Origin: Fervidobacterium sp.
GTDB lineage: Bacteria; Thermotogota; Thermotogae; Thermotogales; Fervidobacteriaceae
Direction of reading: 5' to 3'
Assembly: GCA_049970055.1 (NCBI GenBank)
Contig: JBMFNR010000002.1
Span: 84,406 to 148,405, forward strand
Length of the DNA: 64,000 bases
In this document: one piece after another, positions 39,622 through 49,683 of the stretch
Layout of the letters: each line of letters starts with the position of its first letter
Numbering within the stretch: the first letter of the stretch is position 1
Position numbers and translations under genes: made by a program
Notes under the pieces: generated by a model
Databases searched by the model: none
Told to the model about the DNA's origin: nothing
Seen by the model: only the letters and a program-made list of their open reading frames with translations

Positions 39622-39664
39622 GAAAGACAGAAGAAGAAAGAAAAGTGGAAGGAGGAAAACACAG

Positions 39665-39985
39665 GTGAGAAGACTTGTGAAGGAATTTTCCGATTTTCTA
39701 AAACAGTATAACGTAATTGGTCTTGCTGTGGCAATTATCATGGGGGGAAAGGTGAATCAGTTCGTAACCTCTTTTGTAAACGATCTGCTCATGCCAGCTA
39801 TATTTCAACCTGTTCTCACAAAGATGCGTCTTAAGAGCATTGAGCAAATTAACTGGCATGGCATATATTGGGGAAAAGTGGTATCTGCTGGCCTTGACTT
39901 TCTTTTAGTTGCTTTTCTGGTCTTTTTATTTATACGTACAATGAACAAAGTTACAGAGAAAGCGAAAACATTGAAGGAAAAATAA
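39665..39985 (+). CDS. mscL: Large-conductance mechanosensitive channel
   Basis: EFSDFL..NVIGLAVAIIMG...SFVNDLLMP, second TM ..FLLVAFLVF. Confidence 0.88.
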   Translation: MRRLVKEFSDFLKQYNVIGLAVAIIMGGKVNQFVTSFVNDLLMPAIFQPVLTKMRLKSIEQINWHGIYWGKVVSAGLDFLLVAFLVFLFIRTMNKVTEKAKTLKEK

Positions 39986-40012
39986 AATGGCGACTATCGT
40001 CACCATTTTATT
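39981..40012. terminator. Bidirectional terminator
   Basis: AATAAAATGGCGAC-TATC-GTCACCATTTTATT between convergent genes. Confidence 0.75.
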
Positions 40013-40030
40013 CTTACTTGGTTATTTTAA

Positions 40031-40831
40031 CTATTTTAAAATAAAAGATGCATACCCGACTGTGTAAGAATAATCTTGTGAAAATTCTGCGCTTGTAGTG
40101 TGATAAACAAGCTCGGCCTGTGTGAATAAACTTCTCACTACTGCAACAGGGCCAGGGCCGCACATCGTTACATTGTGTCTTTTTAACACCTCCAAAAGTC
40201 CTTCTAGGTCATTTTCTAAGATCTTTTTGATCGCTAATTCATCTTTCTTTACAGTAACTTCGTGTGGATCGTAGTGATTAAAATCAGAGGATGCGATGAC
40301 CAACGTATCCGGATATTTTTCTAAAATATTCTTGATCTTACGAGAAACTTCCAGAGATGTTGATAACCTCTGGTCCATCATACACACAGGTACAATACTG
40401 AATGTTCCAAATGCGTATTGCAGTAGCGGTAGCTGAACTTCTATAGAATGTTCATATAGATGTGCCATTTCATCTGGAAATACCAATTCGTTATCAATTA
40501 ACATACTTGCCATTTCACTGTTGATCTCAACTTTTCCGAGTGGTGTATGCCAACTGCCTTCCCACCATACTGAAACAGGACTACCGTAACCTGTATGGTT
40601 TGGACCAAGGATTATGATATTTCTTGGGCTACCGAATTCCATTGCTCTTCTAATTCCAATTCCTGCCGTTTTGCCACTGTAGATATATCCTGCATGCGGT
40701 AGTATTAATCCTATTGGATGTGTTAAGATTTCCCCAATTTTTCTTTCCCCAATGAAAGCCTCACATGTTTTCTCAAGTTGGATTGGAGTTCCTGGATAAA
40801 ATTTGCCAGCAACAATAGGCTTTCTATCCAT
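40031..40831 (-). CDS. MEMO1-family protein (AmmeMemoRadiSam system protein B)
   Basis: RKPIVAGKFYP, PHAGYIYSG, GPNHTG, EHSIEVQLP, IASSDFNHY, MCGPGP, VGYAS. Confidence 0.92.
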   Translation of the reverse strand: MDRKPIVAGKFYPGTPIQLEKTCEAFIGERKIGEILTHPIGLILPHAGYIYSGKTAGIGIRRAMEFGSPRNIIILGPNHTGYGSPVSVWWEGSWHTPLGKVEINSEMASMLIDNELVFPDEMAHLYEHSIEVQLPLLQYAFGTFSIVPVCMMDQRLSTSLEVSRKIKNILEKYPDTLVIASSDFNHYDPHEVTVKKDELAIKKILENDLEGLLEVLKRHNVTMCGPGPVAVVRSLFTQAELVYHTTSAEFSQDYSYTVGYASFILK

Positions 40832-40866
40832 ATAAGATGCTCCTTTAATATAAAATTCAAAATGAT

Positions 40867-43800
40867 TTAGTTGGAAACTTCAAGTATTTTTGCTGTCAGG
40901 AATATTGTTATATTTCTTTGCTCACTTGTTTCTTTTGTACCTTTGAAAAGTATACCAATTATCGGTAAGTCACCGAGAATAGGTACTTTCCACTCAGACT
41001 TACTTTTCTCTTCCCTTGAAAGCCCACCGATAACCAGCGTTTGTCCGTCTTTTATAGTTATCTTGGTACTTGCCTCTCTTTTATTTATCTTCGGAAGCCC
41101 ATCTATAACTACAGAGTAATCAAAGTTGCTTACCGATGTTGTAAGAACTAAATCTATTGTATTATCAGCATTCACGTACGGGACAATTTTAAGTTCAATT
41201 CCACCTTCGAGATTAGTTATCTGAGTACTTGTTTGCCCACCTGAAGTTGAGATAATTTTCACAGGAACACTATCGCCTATGAATATTCTCGCTTCTTCTC
41301 CACTCTTTGTCATTATATTTGGATTTGCAAGCAATTTACTAAGGCCTACATTTGTTCTCAATGGTGTACCTGCTTCAGCACCTCTTACATCAACCGATAT
41401 ACCAGCTTCGTTAAGTATTTTATCGATAATTGATCCATCTAGTATATCTAATATACTCAGGTTCAATGATAAACCATTTGAACCAAATGTGATGTAATTG
41501 CCAGATTTAAACATGGTAACTATCTCCTGAGATAATCCAGAATTATTTGATTCATCAATTATTTTTGCTTCTATTGATACGATCTTTGCTGTTGTGAACC
41601 TTGAAATAAGTTGATTTATATCATCAACATTCTTTGGATCCAAGTCATAAGCAACGATAATACCGGCCGACGGACTAATCATCGTTTTCCCACCGTAAAA
41701 TTTTATTAGTTCTTCAACTTTGTCAGCATTCCTTGGAACATTAAACGTGTAGGTTGTTCTTACTTTCGTTGCTTCAGGCGTTGTGTCAACTAAGTAAACT
41801 TGCCCCGATCTTTTAATCGATATGCCATAATTAAGCATAATAGACGTAAATGTATCAAAATCAACACCTGAGATGGACATTGTTGCGGTTTTGTCTATGG
41901 GCTTTGCAAAAACAAGCTGGTAACCTAAATCACTAAAGACATTCGTTATAATATTCGAAAGTTGTTCATTTTCAACTTTTACACTAATTAAGCCATCTTT
42001 TACATAAACCTTCTTTGAATCAACGGAAGTTGTTGTTTTTGGTGTGATATACGTAACACTATCAACCTCCGTAAAGTCAGCCCATAGGGAAAATACCCGT
42101 TTGAATGTTTCGTAATCTATATCCTTTAAATACATCGAGTTGATCTTCTTATCTATCTTCTCAAGTCTGTAAGATTTGCCGAGCTTAAGCATCACTTGAG
42201 TAATCACATCATCAACTGAAGTATCGGTAACACTTATTGTAATATGCGAGTCGCTGACGGAAACAGGCTCTACTTTGGATTGCGCTTGTACCTGCCTTGT
42301 AGTAGACGTAGCTGAAACATTAGTTGATGTAGAAACCAATGAAACATAATATACACTGTCCTTTATCTCATACGTTACGTTGTACTGTTTCAAATTGTCC
42401 ATGAATGTTCTGAAATCTTGAACCAAAAGTCTCATTGAACACGTTGATTTTATATCATCTATAACTACAACTTGCTGAGAGAGAATTTTTGAAACTGATA
42501 AAATCAGTTCTTTGATGTCTTTATCTTTTACTTCGATTAGAAGCTTTCCATCTATAAGGTTGTATTCACTATCTGGTTTAAATGACAAAATTTCATCTTT
42601 AATCTTCCCAATACTTGACTCGGAGCCAACCAAATAAATTCTCTGGTTGACTTTAAAATACTTTACAGTTGGATCAAAAGCTGAAACTATTGTTGATATA
42701 TCTTCTTTATCAAGTTGAGTATCAATCGAAATAATTTTGTCTTCTTTCTCAGGGATAAAGTTTTTAATGAAATTTGTCACTTTATCTATAACTTCCTTTG
42801 TACCAGTTATCACATAACCATGTGGCAATTTGTACGTCTTTACACCAAAGAGTTCCCTTATTGCGTTATCAAACTCATCTGGATATAAAACAACAGCGAA
42901 CGTTCTTCCGTTACCATAGACATTCGTCAAGAATTCAGAAACTTGTTTCAACTTTTCCGAAGTTCCAAACACAATATACCCTTGGGAGATTTTGTGAGTT
43001 TCAACATTGTATACCTGCTTTACTATGTTATCAATGTCATCTGGATAATCTACAATGATGTATCCTCTATTGGGATTAGAAGCAAATTTATCTATTTCTG
43101 ACTTTATCTTTTCCACATCCTCTTGGTTGCCTCTTATATACAGCATATCCCCTATCTGTTCGAAGGTAAGCTTAAATCCCATCAACTTTGATATTCTTTC
43201 GACATCTTCTTTCTTTACATTTGAAGGGATAGCTATAGAAATGACTTTATCCGATGCTGTGAACGTGCTAAGATAATTCTTAGCTCTCTCTACATTGTTT
43301 TTCAAACCCGTGATTGTTATCTTACCAATATCTGAAAAGTACTGAACTTCTACATCGTAAACTTTTTTTATATACTCTATATGCGATGGTGTTATTTCGA
43401 AGTTTACATCATATGTCATCGTATTTATTGAAGCAGCATAATCTTTTGCTCGGGCAACATTGGAAGACGTACCCACCATGTACGAAGTTGAACCTGCTTG
43501 GTAAACTTTAACGTTAAATAATTCTTCTATCATTTTTGCAAAGTCTTGTTCCATCTGTCCTAATGGCTCAATAACATTCTCTGTCTTTTCAGCAATATTA
43601 TCCAAAAATTGTTTTGCTTCCTCTGCTAGTACTCCTTGGATTATTATGTTTTCACCAACTTGATAGATCTTAACACCGTAAATATCCTCAACAGCCTTTT
43701 TCGCTTCTTGTTTGTACTTGTCGTTTAAAACAATAACAGAACTGCCATAAGATTTCCTTATCTGTTCAATGATCTTCGTAGCGTTTTCGACTTCAGATTT

Positions 43801-45585
43801 ACTAACTGTTACAATAAAGTAACCGTCCTTGCTTTCAACCGTGTATCCAGTCAATTTAGATATCAACTCAGCTGAAGGGTCTGAAGGTAGAATCTGAACA
43901 GCGAAAGTTGTGAGTTCTTCTGTAACAGCTTTTTTTAATCTCTCTATTTCGTTGATACGACCGGAGACCAATTTCGTCCCATCTGAAAATCTTTGTAGTA
44001 CGGTAACTTTGTAATTTTTTAAAAATTTATCGTCCGCTTTTGTGACGTATGTCGATTCACCGAAAAGATCAATAAATTTTAAGAATTTTTTGTAAGTATT
44101 TTCACTTGCAAAGAGCGTTACGATTACTCTATCATTCACCGTCTTAACATTGTAATTGTTCTCGGAAAGTCCCAAATATTTAAAAGCTGAATTAACAACA
44201 TCCTCTGAAACATCATCAACGATAATTTGCCATGGATTAGCTACGTAAGGGTCTTTAGCAAGCTCCAAAGCTTTTTGTTCATAACCTGACGCAACGTACA
44301 ATTTACCTCCGATAACCTTTGGATCTGAACCCGGGTACAATTCTTTAATTACCATTTGAACTCTTTCAGGATAGTTAACTTCAACGGGAACATGCAAAAT
44401 ATCTTTTACAGAAGAACTTTCTATTATATTCTCGATCTGAGACGCTACTGCCTCACTATCAACAAGAACTGCAACTTTCTTAATATTTTGGAGTATCGTG
44501 AAATCTGTTATATTGTATATCTTCTGCAATGAAGTAATTAACGTTGTTAAGTCTTTTTCATTCATGTTGTACTGAATGTAGTACCACTTTCTTTGTTGAA
44601 TCTGAGAAGCAAGCTGTTTCAAAAAAACTTCTATCTCCCAAGGTGTAGAGGTCTTTACAGCAACTTTCTTTTGATCTTTGAATATCTCATATTTCCCTGA
44701 ATCTAAGCCATATATCTTGGCTATCTTCGGCATAAGTTCTTCTATATCTTTATCAGATATGGTGTACGGTATATAATACCAATCTTCTTTTTGTGGTAAC
44801 ATCAACGCTTCAGCGATCATTCTGTATTCATTAACCCCACCATAAACAAAAATTTTAGACTTATCTTTAGTAAACCCTGCATACGAACCCGTTTTTAATA
44901 TCTCTCTTAATTTTTCGACGTTTAATTTATCATCGTACACCTGCCAAAAAGCTGCGAAATTCTTCTTAATTTCTTCCGAACTGCCTATATAAATAGTTTG
45001 GTCAGATGAATAAGCATATGAGAGAGACGTTGTTACAAGTATACTTCTCAATACATCTTCAACAGAAGATTTGTCTGTTTTCAAATTTATCTTTTTATCT
45101 TTAGCACTATCGTAAAGTACTATCTTTAACCCAAAAAAATCGGCAATATCTTTCAACAATGTAGTACTTTCTATGTTTAAAAAGTCTGCAGTTAATCTTT
45201 TAGTCGACATGCTGTATGGGAAACGAATATAAAGCTTCGAACCCAAAACATTGTATGTGGCGTTTACAGGGGTTATCGTATAAACAAAAATATTTACTTT
45301 CCCTTCCAGAGGTACCAATTGGACACCTTCAACACTACCCGTAGAAACTGGTATATAACCTGCTGATTTAAGCAAGTCATTTACAATAAAATAGTGAACA
45401 GTTCTATTTTCATTCTTCCCATAATACCCCACTGTAGGTGATTTTGAGAAAGATAATATCAGCACAACTTCGTTCGCAGTACTTACAAAATTTATGTCAA
45501 TAAGTTCTGCATAAACAATAGGATTAATAAATAAAACTAACAATGTGAAAAATACACAGAAGAATACCTTTATTTTTCCCACCAT
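40867..45585 (-). CDS. Very large secretin (PilQ/GspD family)
   Basis: Signal peptide and C-terminal secretin domain (LLANPNIMTKSGEEARIFIG, GIELKIVP, KDGQTLVIGGL, KVPILGDLPIIGILFK). Long repetitive periplasmic region. Confidence 0.9.
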   Translation of the reverse strand: MVGKIKVFFCVFFTLLVLFINPIVYAELIDINFVSTANEVVLILSFSKSPTVGYYGKNENRTVHYFIVNDLLKSAGYIPVSTGSVEGVQLVPLEGKVNIFVYTITPVNATYNVLGSKLYIRFPYSMSTKRLTADFLNIESTTLLKDIADFFGLKIVLYDSAKDKKINLKTDKSSVEDVLRSILVTTSLSYAYSSDQTIYIGSSEEIKKNFAAFWQVYDDKLNVEKLREILKTGSYAGFTKDKSKIFVYGGVNEYRMIAEALMLPQKEDWYYIPYTISDKDIEELMPKIAKIYGLDSGKYEIFKDQKKVAVKTSTPWEIEVFLKQLASQIQQRKWYYIQYNMNEKDLTTLITSLQKIYNITDFTILQNIKKVAVLVDSEAVASQIENIIESSSVKDILHVPVEVNYPERVQMVIKELYPGSDPKVIGGKLYVASGYEQKALELAKDPYVANPWQIIVDDVSEDVVNSAFKYLGLSENNYNVKTVNDRVIVTLFASENTYKKFLKFIDLFGESTYVTKADDKFLKNYKVTVLQRFSDGTKLVSGRINEIERLKKAVTEELTTFAVQILPSDPSAELISKLTGYTVESKDGYFIVTVSKSEVENATKIIEQIRKSYGSSVIVLNDKYKQEAKKAVEDIYGVKIYQVGENIIIQGVLAEEAKQFLDNIAEKTENVIEPLGQMEQDFAKMIEELFNVKVYQAGSTSYMVGTSSNVARAKDYAASINTMTYDVNFEITPSHIEYIKKVYDVEVQYFSDIGKITITGLKNNVERAKNYLSTFTASDKVISIAIPSNVKKEDVERISKLMGFKLTFEQIGDMLYIRGNQEDVEKIKSEIDKFASNPNRGYIIVDYPDDIDNIVKQVYNVETHKISQGYIVFGTSEKLKQVSEFLTNVYGNGRTFAVVLYPDEFDNAIRELFGVKTYKLPHGYVITGTKEVIDKVTNFIKNFIPEKEDKIISIDTQLDKEDISTIVSAFDPTVKYFKVNQRIYLVGSESSIGKIKDEILSFKPDSEYNLIDGKLLIEVKDKDIKELILSVSKILSQQVVVIDDIKSTCSMRLLVQDFRTFMDNLKQYNVTYEIKDSVYYVSLVSTSTNVSATSTTRQVQAQSKVEPVSVSDSHITISVTDTSVDDVITQVMLKLGKSYRLEKIDKKINSMYLKDIDYETFKRVFSLWADFTEVDSVTYITPKTTTSVDSKKVYVKDGLISVKVENEQLSNIITNVFSDLGYQLVFAKPIDKTATMSISGVDFDTFTSIMLNYGISIKRSGQVYLVDTTPEATKVRTTYTFNVPRNADKVEELIKFYGGKTMISPSAGIIVAYDLDPKNVDDINQLISRFTTAKIVSIEAKIIDESNNSGLSQEIVTMFKSGNYITFGSNGLSLNLSILDILDGSIIDKILNEAGISVDVRGAEAGTPLRTNVGLSKLLANPNIMTKSGEEARIFIGDSVPVKIISTSGGQTSTQITNLEGGIELKIVPYVNADNTIDLVLTTSVSNFDYSVVIDGLPKINKREASTKITIKDGQTLVIGGLSREEKSKSEWKVPILGDLPIIGILFKGTKETSEQRNITIFLTAKILEVSN

Positions 45586-45621
45586 ACCAATCCCCCCAGT
45601 GCTAATAAGTAAAAGCTCCGG

Positions 45622-46260
45622 CTATTTCTGAGTACCTAGGTAACTCAATTTTTTGATTTTTCCATCGAAGGTATCAAGCAATATAATCTCCGTTGAACTA
45701 ATATTCAACACTTTGTACCTATTATCAAGAAGTTCAGTGTCAAAAAAAGATTTTGTTTCCGTACCGACTTTGACATAAATCTTTTTTCTTTCATTCCTCC
45801 CTTCGTACAATGCCAAATATCCGAGATATTGGAACTCTGGACTTGAAATATTTTCAATATCTTGTACGTTAATATTTGCTTTTTCGCCATATGCATTATT
45901 ACTTACTTGTTTACTATCACTTTGCCAGGAGTATTTCGTCCCTATGGGGAAATTCAACTTTAAAACAAATGGCGTAAAGATATTTGTAAAAGTAGATTCT
46001 GGCATTATATTTTGTAACTCAACGAAAGACAAAACCTGTGGATTTGTTGTATTAGTACTACTAATAGAAACGCCGGAAGAAGAACTTAAAGAAGAATCAG
46101 AAGAAAGAGTTGAACTTTGCGTTATATTACTACTTGTTTGTACTGGCTGAGGTTTCGGGGAATTCATTCGAATCAAGACAAAAATAGCAACTGCCCACAC
46201 TACTATGGCAACTATCAACAAAATTATCGTCCTTTTGTTTAAAGCCACACTATTCACCAC
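45622..46260 (-). CDS. Membrane-anchored pilus accessory protein (PilP position)
   Basis: Single N-terminal TM, Ser/Thr-rich linker, beta-rich C-terminus. Assignment by synteny only. Confidence 0.5.
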   Translation of the reverse strand: MVNSVALNKRTIILLIVAIVVWAVAIFVLIRMNSPKPQPVQTSSNITQSSTLSSDSSLSSSSGVSISSTNTTNPQVLSFVELQNIMPESTFTNIFTPFVLKLNFPIGTKYSWQSDSKQVSNNAYGEKANINVQDIENISSPEFQYLGYLALYEGRNERKKIYVKVGTETKSFFDTELLDNRYKVLNISSTEIILLDTFDGKIKKLSYLGTQK

Positions 46261-46651
46261 CTATTTTTAACGTAACATTATAATAAACAGGAGAATCCTC
46301 AAATAAAATAGGATAATCCACGTTAGCTTTAATGTATAAATAGCTAAATTCTATTACCTTTTTTGAAAGTAAATCAGAGCATAATTTTTCAAGATCTTGC
46401 GCACTCATTTCCGAATTTATTTCTAAATCTTTTAGGTCAACTATTTCCTGGCGGAATTTGGAGAGTATTTCCGACTCCTGTTCAAGGTGCTTCAACTTGT
46501 TGTAGTTTTGTGTTGTTTCAGAAAGTTTCTGTTCCAAATAATTCAAATACATGTAATACGAATTATAGTAGTAGAGAGCTGATATGAGGATAGAAAGAAG
46601 CATAAATACAATAGCAATTATAACTGCCGTTTTGCGGTCTAAAATCATCAT
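46250..46651 (-). CDS. Bitopic membrane protein (PilO position)
   Basis: TM helix followed by coiled coil. Synteny only. Confidence 0.5.
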   Translation of the reverse strand: MMILDRKTAVIIAIVFMLLSILISALYYYNSYYMYLNYLEQKLSETTQNYNKLKHLEQESEILSKFRQEIVDLKDLEINSEMSAQDLEKLCSDLLSKKVIEFSYLYIKANVDYPILFEDSPVYYNVTLKIGGE

Positions 46652-47208
46652 TTTACACCCTCCACCGTGTAGTGAAAATATTTCATATTACTAAAGAAAT
46701 TCTTTTCCTCAAGTTTTTCAACTATAACTTGAGAATACAATTTTGATAAATCATTATAAATCGTTTGTGTTGCTATCTTAGTCTCAACACCATATTCGTA
46801 AAGATCGACGAAAAATTTTACTCCATCGTACCTTATCTCTTTTACAAAAATTTTGTTTGGATTTTTCGTCGCAATACTTGAAAGATATTTGAAGAAATAA
46901 CCATCCTTAAAAACATCAAATATGTAATTTTTTACAACTTCATTTGCTTTTGTGATTTCTTCTGCTTTCTTTTTGAAAGTAAGGTTCAAGTTATCGATCT
47001 GTTCATCCAAACTATTTAGTGAAACGGATTGCAAGTTATTAAACACAACGGGATATTTTCGGAGAAGTTTCCCAGTCTTTACAATTTTCATCTGATAAGA
47101 CAAATACACAAAAGATAAAGATGGAAGAGAAACGATGAGTAAAAGAATAATAAAAGTTTTCAACTTCAGAACTCGTTTTTTACCACTTGATAGATTTAAC
47201 TTTTCCAA
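46648..47208 (-). CDS. Bitopic membrane protein (PilN position)
   Basis: KLNL..KKR then TM then coiled coil. TTG 47208 behind GGGAGG. Synteny. Confidence 0.5.
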   Translation of the reverse strand: MEKLNLSSGKKRVLKLKTFIILLLIVSLPSLSFVYLSYQMKIVKTGKLLRKYPVVFNNLQSVSLNSLDEQIDNLNLTFKKKAEEITKANEVVKNYIFDVFKDGYFFKYLSSIATKNPNKIFVKEIRYDGVKFFVDLYEYGVETKIATQTIYNDLSKLYSQVIVEKLEEKNFFSNMKYFHYTVEGVK

Positions 47209-48100
47209 TTTCAAGCCCTCCCCTGTATAACAGTCCAAGATCGGATAAGCTTATTCTGTTTTGCGGACTTAAAATATAAACTGGCTCAGAAAACTTACCT
47301 TCAAAACTACCTTGTGAGCTAATTACATTATTTCTAATCAAGGTAGAGTCGCAAACAATCATTATCCCAGATACTTGATTTATAGTTATCTTTTCAATCT
47401 CAGTGGTATTGATTGATATTATTAGCTCCCTTTCCAACCTTGCAAGTATATCAGATGAAAGTGATTCTATTATTCTTTGCGCTGTGTTTAATAAATCTAC
47501 GTTACCACTCGTTTCAATCTCATGTAGGGCGAAACCAGTTTCTTCCTTGATTACACTATTTATGTCATCAACTGAAAAATCAAAAATTCTTGTGTTTATA
47601 ATGAATTGATCGTGCATAACTACTATTCCAGAAAGAGTCTTCCCTAAAACAAGATACAGCCAATACCCTGGGAACTTTCTTAAAAGTAACAGTTCTGAGA
47701 AAATATTTGGGTACGCAACATCCGGTTCAAAATTAATATTCTTAGAAATTTTAAAATGCACATAATCAGATTTTTTTACAAAAAAAACTAGCGTTTTCCC
47801 GAAAAGACTAGGTATGGTTGAGACACTCAACTCATCATGAATGTCCATCAATCTTCTGATTTCAAGTTCCGCAATTTTGTTCCTTTCTCTAATGTTTTTC
47901 ATAGGTGGAAGTTCAACGTAAACTGTCTGGATTATATCCCATGGGATATTCACAATAACAATGTCTTCTGGGTCCGGAATGATAGGCTGCTGAAAAATTC
48001 CGGTTATTTTCATTCTTCCTGCAAAGTAAGAAGCTGAGACCGTTCCATATTCATTTTGATCAGTATTGTAAACAAGTACCCTATACCTAAATATGCCCAC
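47180..48100 (-). CDS. Cytoplasmic protein (PilM position)
   Basis: No TM. Y VELPPM-type segment typical of PilM-like folds. Synteny. Confidence 0.5.
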   Translation of the reverse strand: MGIFRYRVLVYNTDQNEYGTVSASYFAGRMKITGIFQQPIIPDPEDIVIVNIPWDIIQTVYVELPPMKNIRERNKIAELEIRRLMDIHDELSVSTIPSLFGKTLVFFVKKSDYVHFKISKNINFEPDVAYPNIFSELLLLRKFPGYWLYLVLGKTLSGIVVMHDQFIINTRIFDFSVDDINSVIKEETGFALHEIETSGNVDLLNTAQRIIESLSSDILARLERELIISINTTEIEKITINQVSGIMIVCDSTLIRNNVISSQGSFEGKFSEPVYILSPQNRISLSDLGLLYRGGLEIGKVKSIKW

Positions 48101-48102
48101 CG

Positions 48103-48432
48103 TTATCTCCCCTTTGAAACTTCAAACATTATAGGCTCTATCGTTATTCCATTAAAAAACGTACCACTTTTCACACAGTTAAATGGTAATATCGTTATTC
48201 CATTTAATACATTTTCCGATTCTATTGAAAACATTACTCGTTTATTTTTTACATTGCATGTTCTAGAGAAATACTCTTTTATTAAGTCGCTCTTCCACAA
48301 TCCTGAGTAAACGGCGGTTAATATTATATCGTACGATAAATCGACATTCAGTACATTTGAGAAGTTAACTATCAAAAATGAAAAAACAAAAGTTAATACC
48401 AAGATTGAGATAAGTATTTCTAAAAGTGTCAT
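48103..48432 (-). CDS. Type IV pilin-like / pseudopilin protein
   Basis: Starts MTLLEILISILVL (Glu at +5 followed by a hydrophobic helix). Confidence 0.7.
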   Translation of the reverse strand: MTLLEILISILVLTFVFSFLIVNFSNVLNVDLSYDIILTAVYSGLWKSDLIKEYFSRTCNVKNKRVMFSIESENVLNGITILPFNCVKSGTFFNGITIEPIMFEVSKGR

Positions 48433-48458
48433 GCTCTCACCTTGTTCTCAATTATCCC

Positions 48459-49670
48459 CTATCTACCAAATTGTCCTTGCATTTGGAAGATCGTTGAGTA
48501 CATTGTAAACGCTATGAATGCTATAAATATTCCAACAAAGGCTATCAGTGCAGGTTCTATTAAGCTGACAAGTTTTTTCGTATCCGTTAAGATCTCTTCT
48601 TCGTAAAAATCGGCAACTTTCTCCATTACTACGTCGAGTTTACCGGTCTCTTCACCGGTCCCAACCATTTCGTAAACAATTTGAGGAAATACTCCGGCTC
48701 TCTTTAAAGCACTTTTCAAATTGCTACCTGCCTTAACTTCTTCGATAACTTTTTGCATGATAGCAAGAAATCTTGGATTGTTAGAAGCTTTGGCCGCCAT
48801 ATCAAGAGCATTAACCATGGATACACCACTGCCAATCAGTACACCGAGTGTTCTTGTGAATCTTTCATTTGCCATTTTTTGACGCAATTTTCTTATTGGT
48901 GGTATTAGGTTTCCAAGAAAATCTTTCACGTATGCACCGTAAATTGTTGAGAGAAACACCTTTAGCGCGTACGCAAGTGCGCCAAGCACGGGCAGTAAGA
49001 TATACCATTGGTGTGTAAAAATGTAGTTTAACTTCATTAACATTCCGAGTACGCCACTTGTCGGCGTTGTTCCAAAAACACTGATTAATCTAGGTAATAT
49101 GAACACAGATATAACAATAACTACCACTATAGCAAATCCAAGTATAAACATTGGATAAGCCATTGAAGATTTCACTTGCTCTCGAAGTCTATTGACACTT
49201 TCATAGTAATTTGCAACTTTTTTCATCGTAACATCCAAAATACCACCTTCTTCACCGGCTCGTACCATGTTTATGAAAATCGAATCAAAAATACCTTGTC
49301 TTTCAAGGGCATCTGAAAAAGACATACCTGCCTTCATATCAGAAGCAACTTGTTTAAGAACATTTCTAAATTTTTTTGAAAACACCTCTTGTTCGGAAAG
49401 AGTCATAACAGCATCCGCAAGCCTTATACCAGCCGATATCATCGTTTCAAGTTGTCTTGCAAAAAGGACGATATCATTTAATTTTGCTTGAAATAATGCT
49501 TTCTTTTTGCCACCTGAATGTGTTCCCACTTTGTCAGCCTTTTGAACGATATCAACGACAAGTATACCCTGCTCTTTCAGTCTATCGAGTGCTTGCTTTA
49601 CGTTTTCTGCCTGAACAACACCTTTTAACTTTCTTCCAGCTCGATCCACACCTTTATATTCAAATACCAA
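48459..49670 (-). CDS. pilC: Type IV pilus / T2SS inner-membrane platform protein
   Basis: FARQLETMISAG, AGEEGG.LD, SMAYP, GEETGKLD, LIEP (two GspF domains). Confidence 0.9.
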   Translation of the reverse strand: MVFEYKGVDRAGRKLKGVVQAENVKQALDRLKEQGILVVDIVQKADKVGTHSGGKKKALFQAKLNDIVLFARQLETMISAGIRLADAVMTLSEQEVFSKKFRNVLKQVASDMKAGMSFSDALERQGIFDSIFINMVRAGEEGGILDVTMKKVANYYESVNRLREQVKSSMAYPMFILGFAIVVVIVISVFILPRLISVFGTTPTSGVLGMLMKLNYIFTHQWYILLPVLGALAYALKVFLSTIYGAYVKDFLGNLIPPIRKLRQKMANERFTRTLGVLIGSGVSMVNALDMAAKASNNPRFLAIMQKVIEEVKAGSNLKSALKRAGVFPQIVYEMVGTGEETGKLDVVMEKVADFYEEEILTDTKKLVSLIEPALIAFVGIFIAFIAFTMYSTIFQMQGQFGR

Positions 49671-49683
49671 AAATAACCACCTC

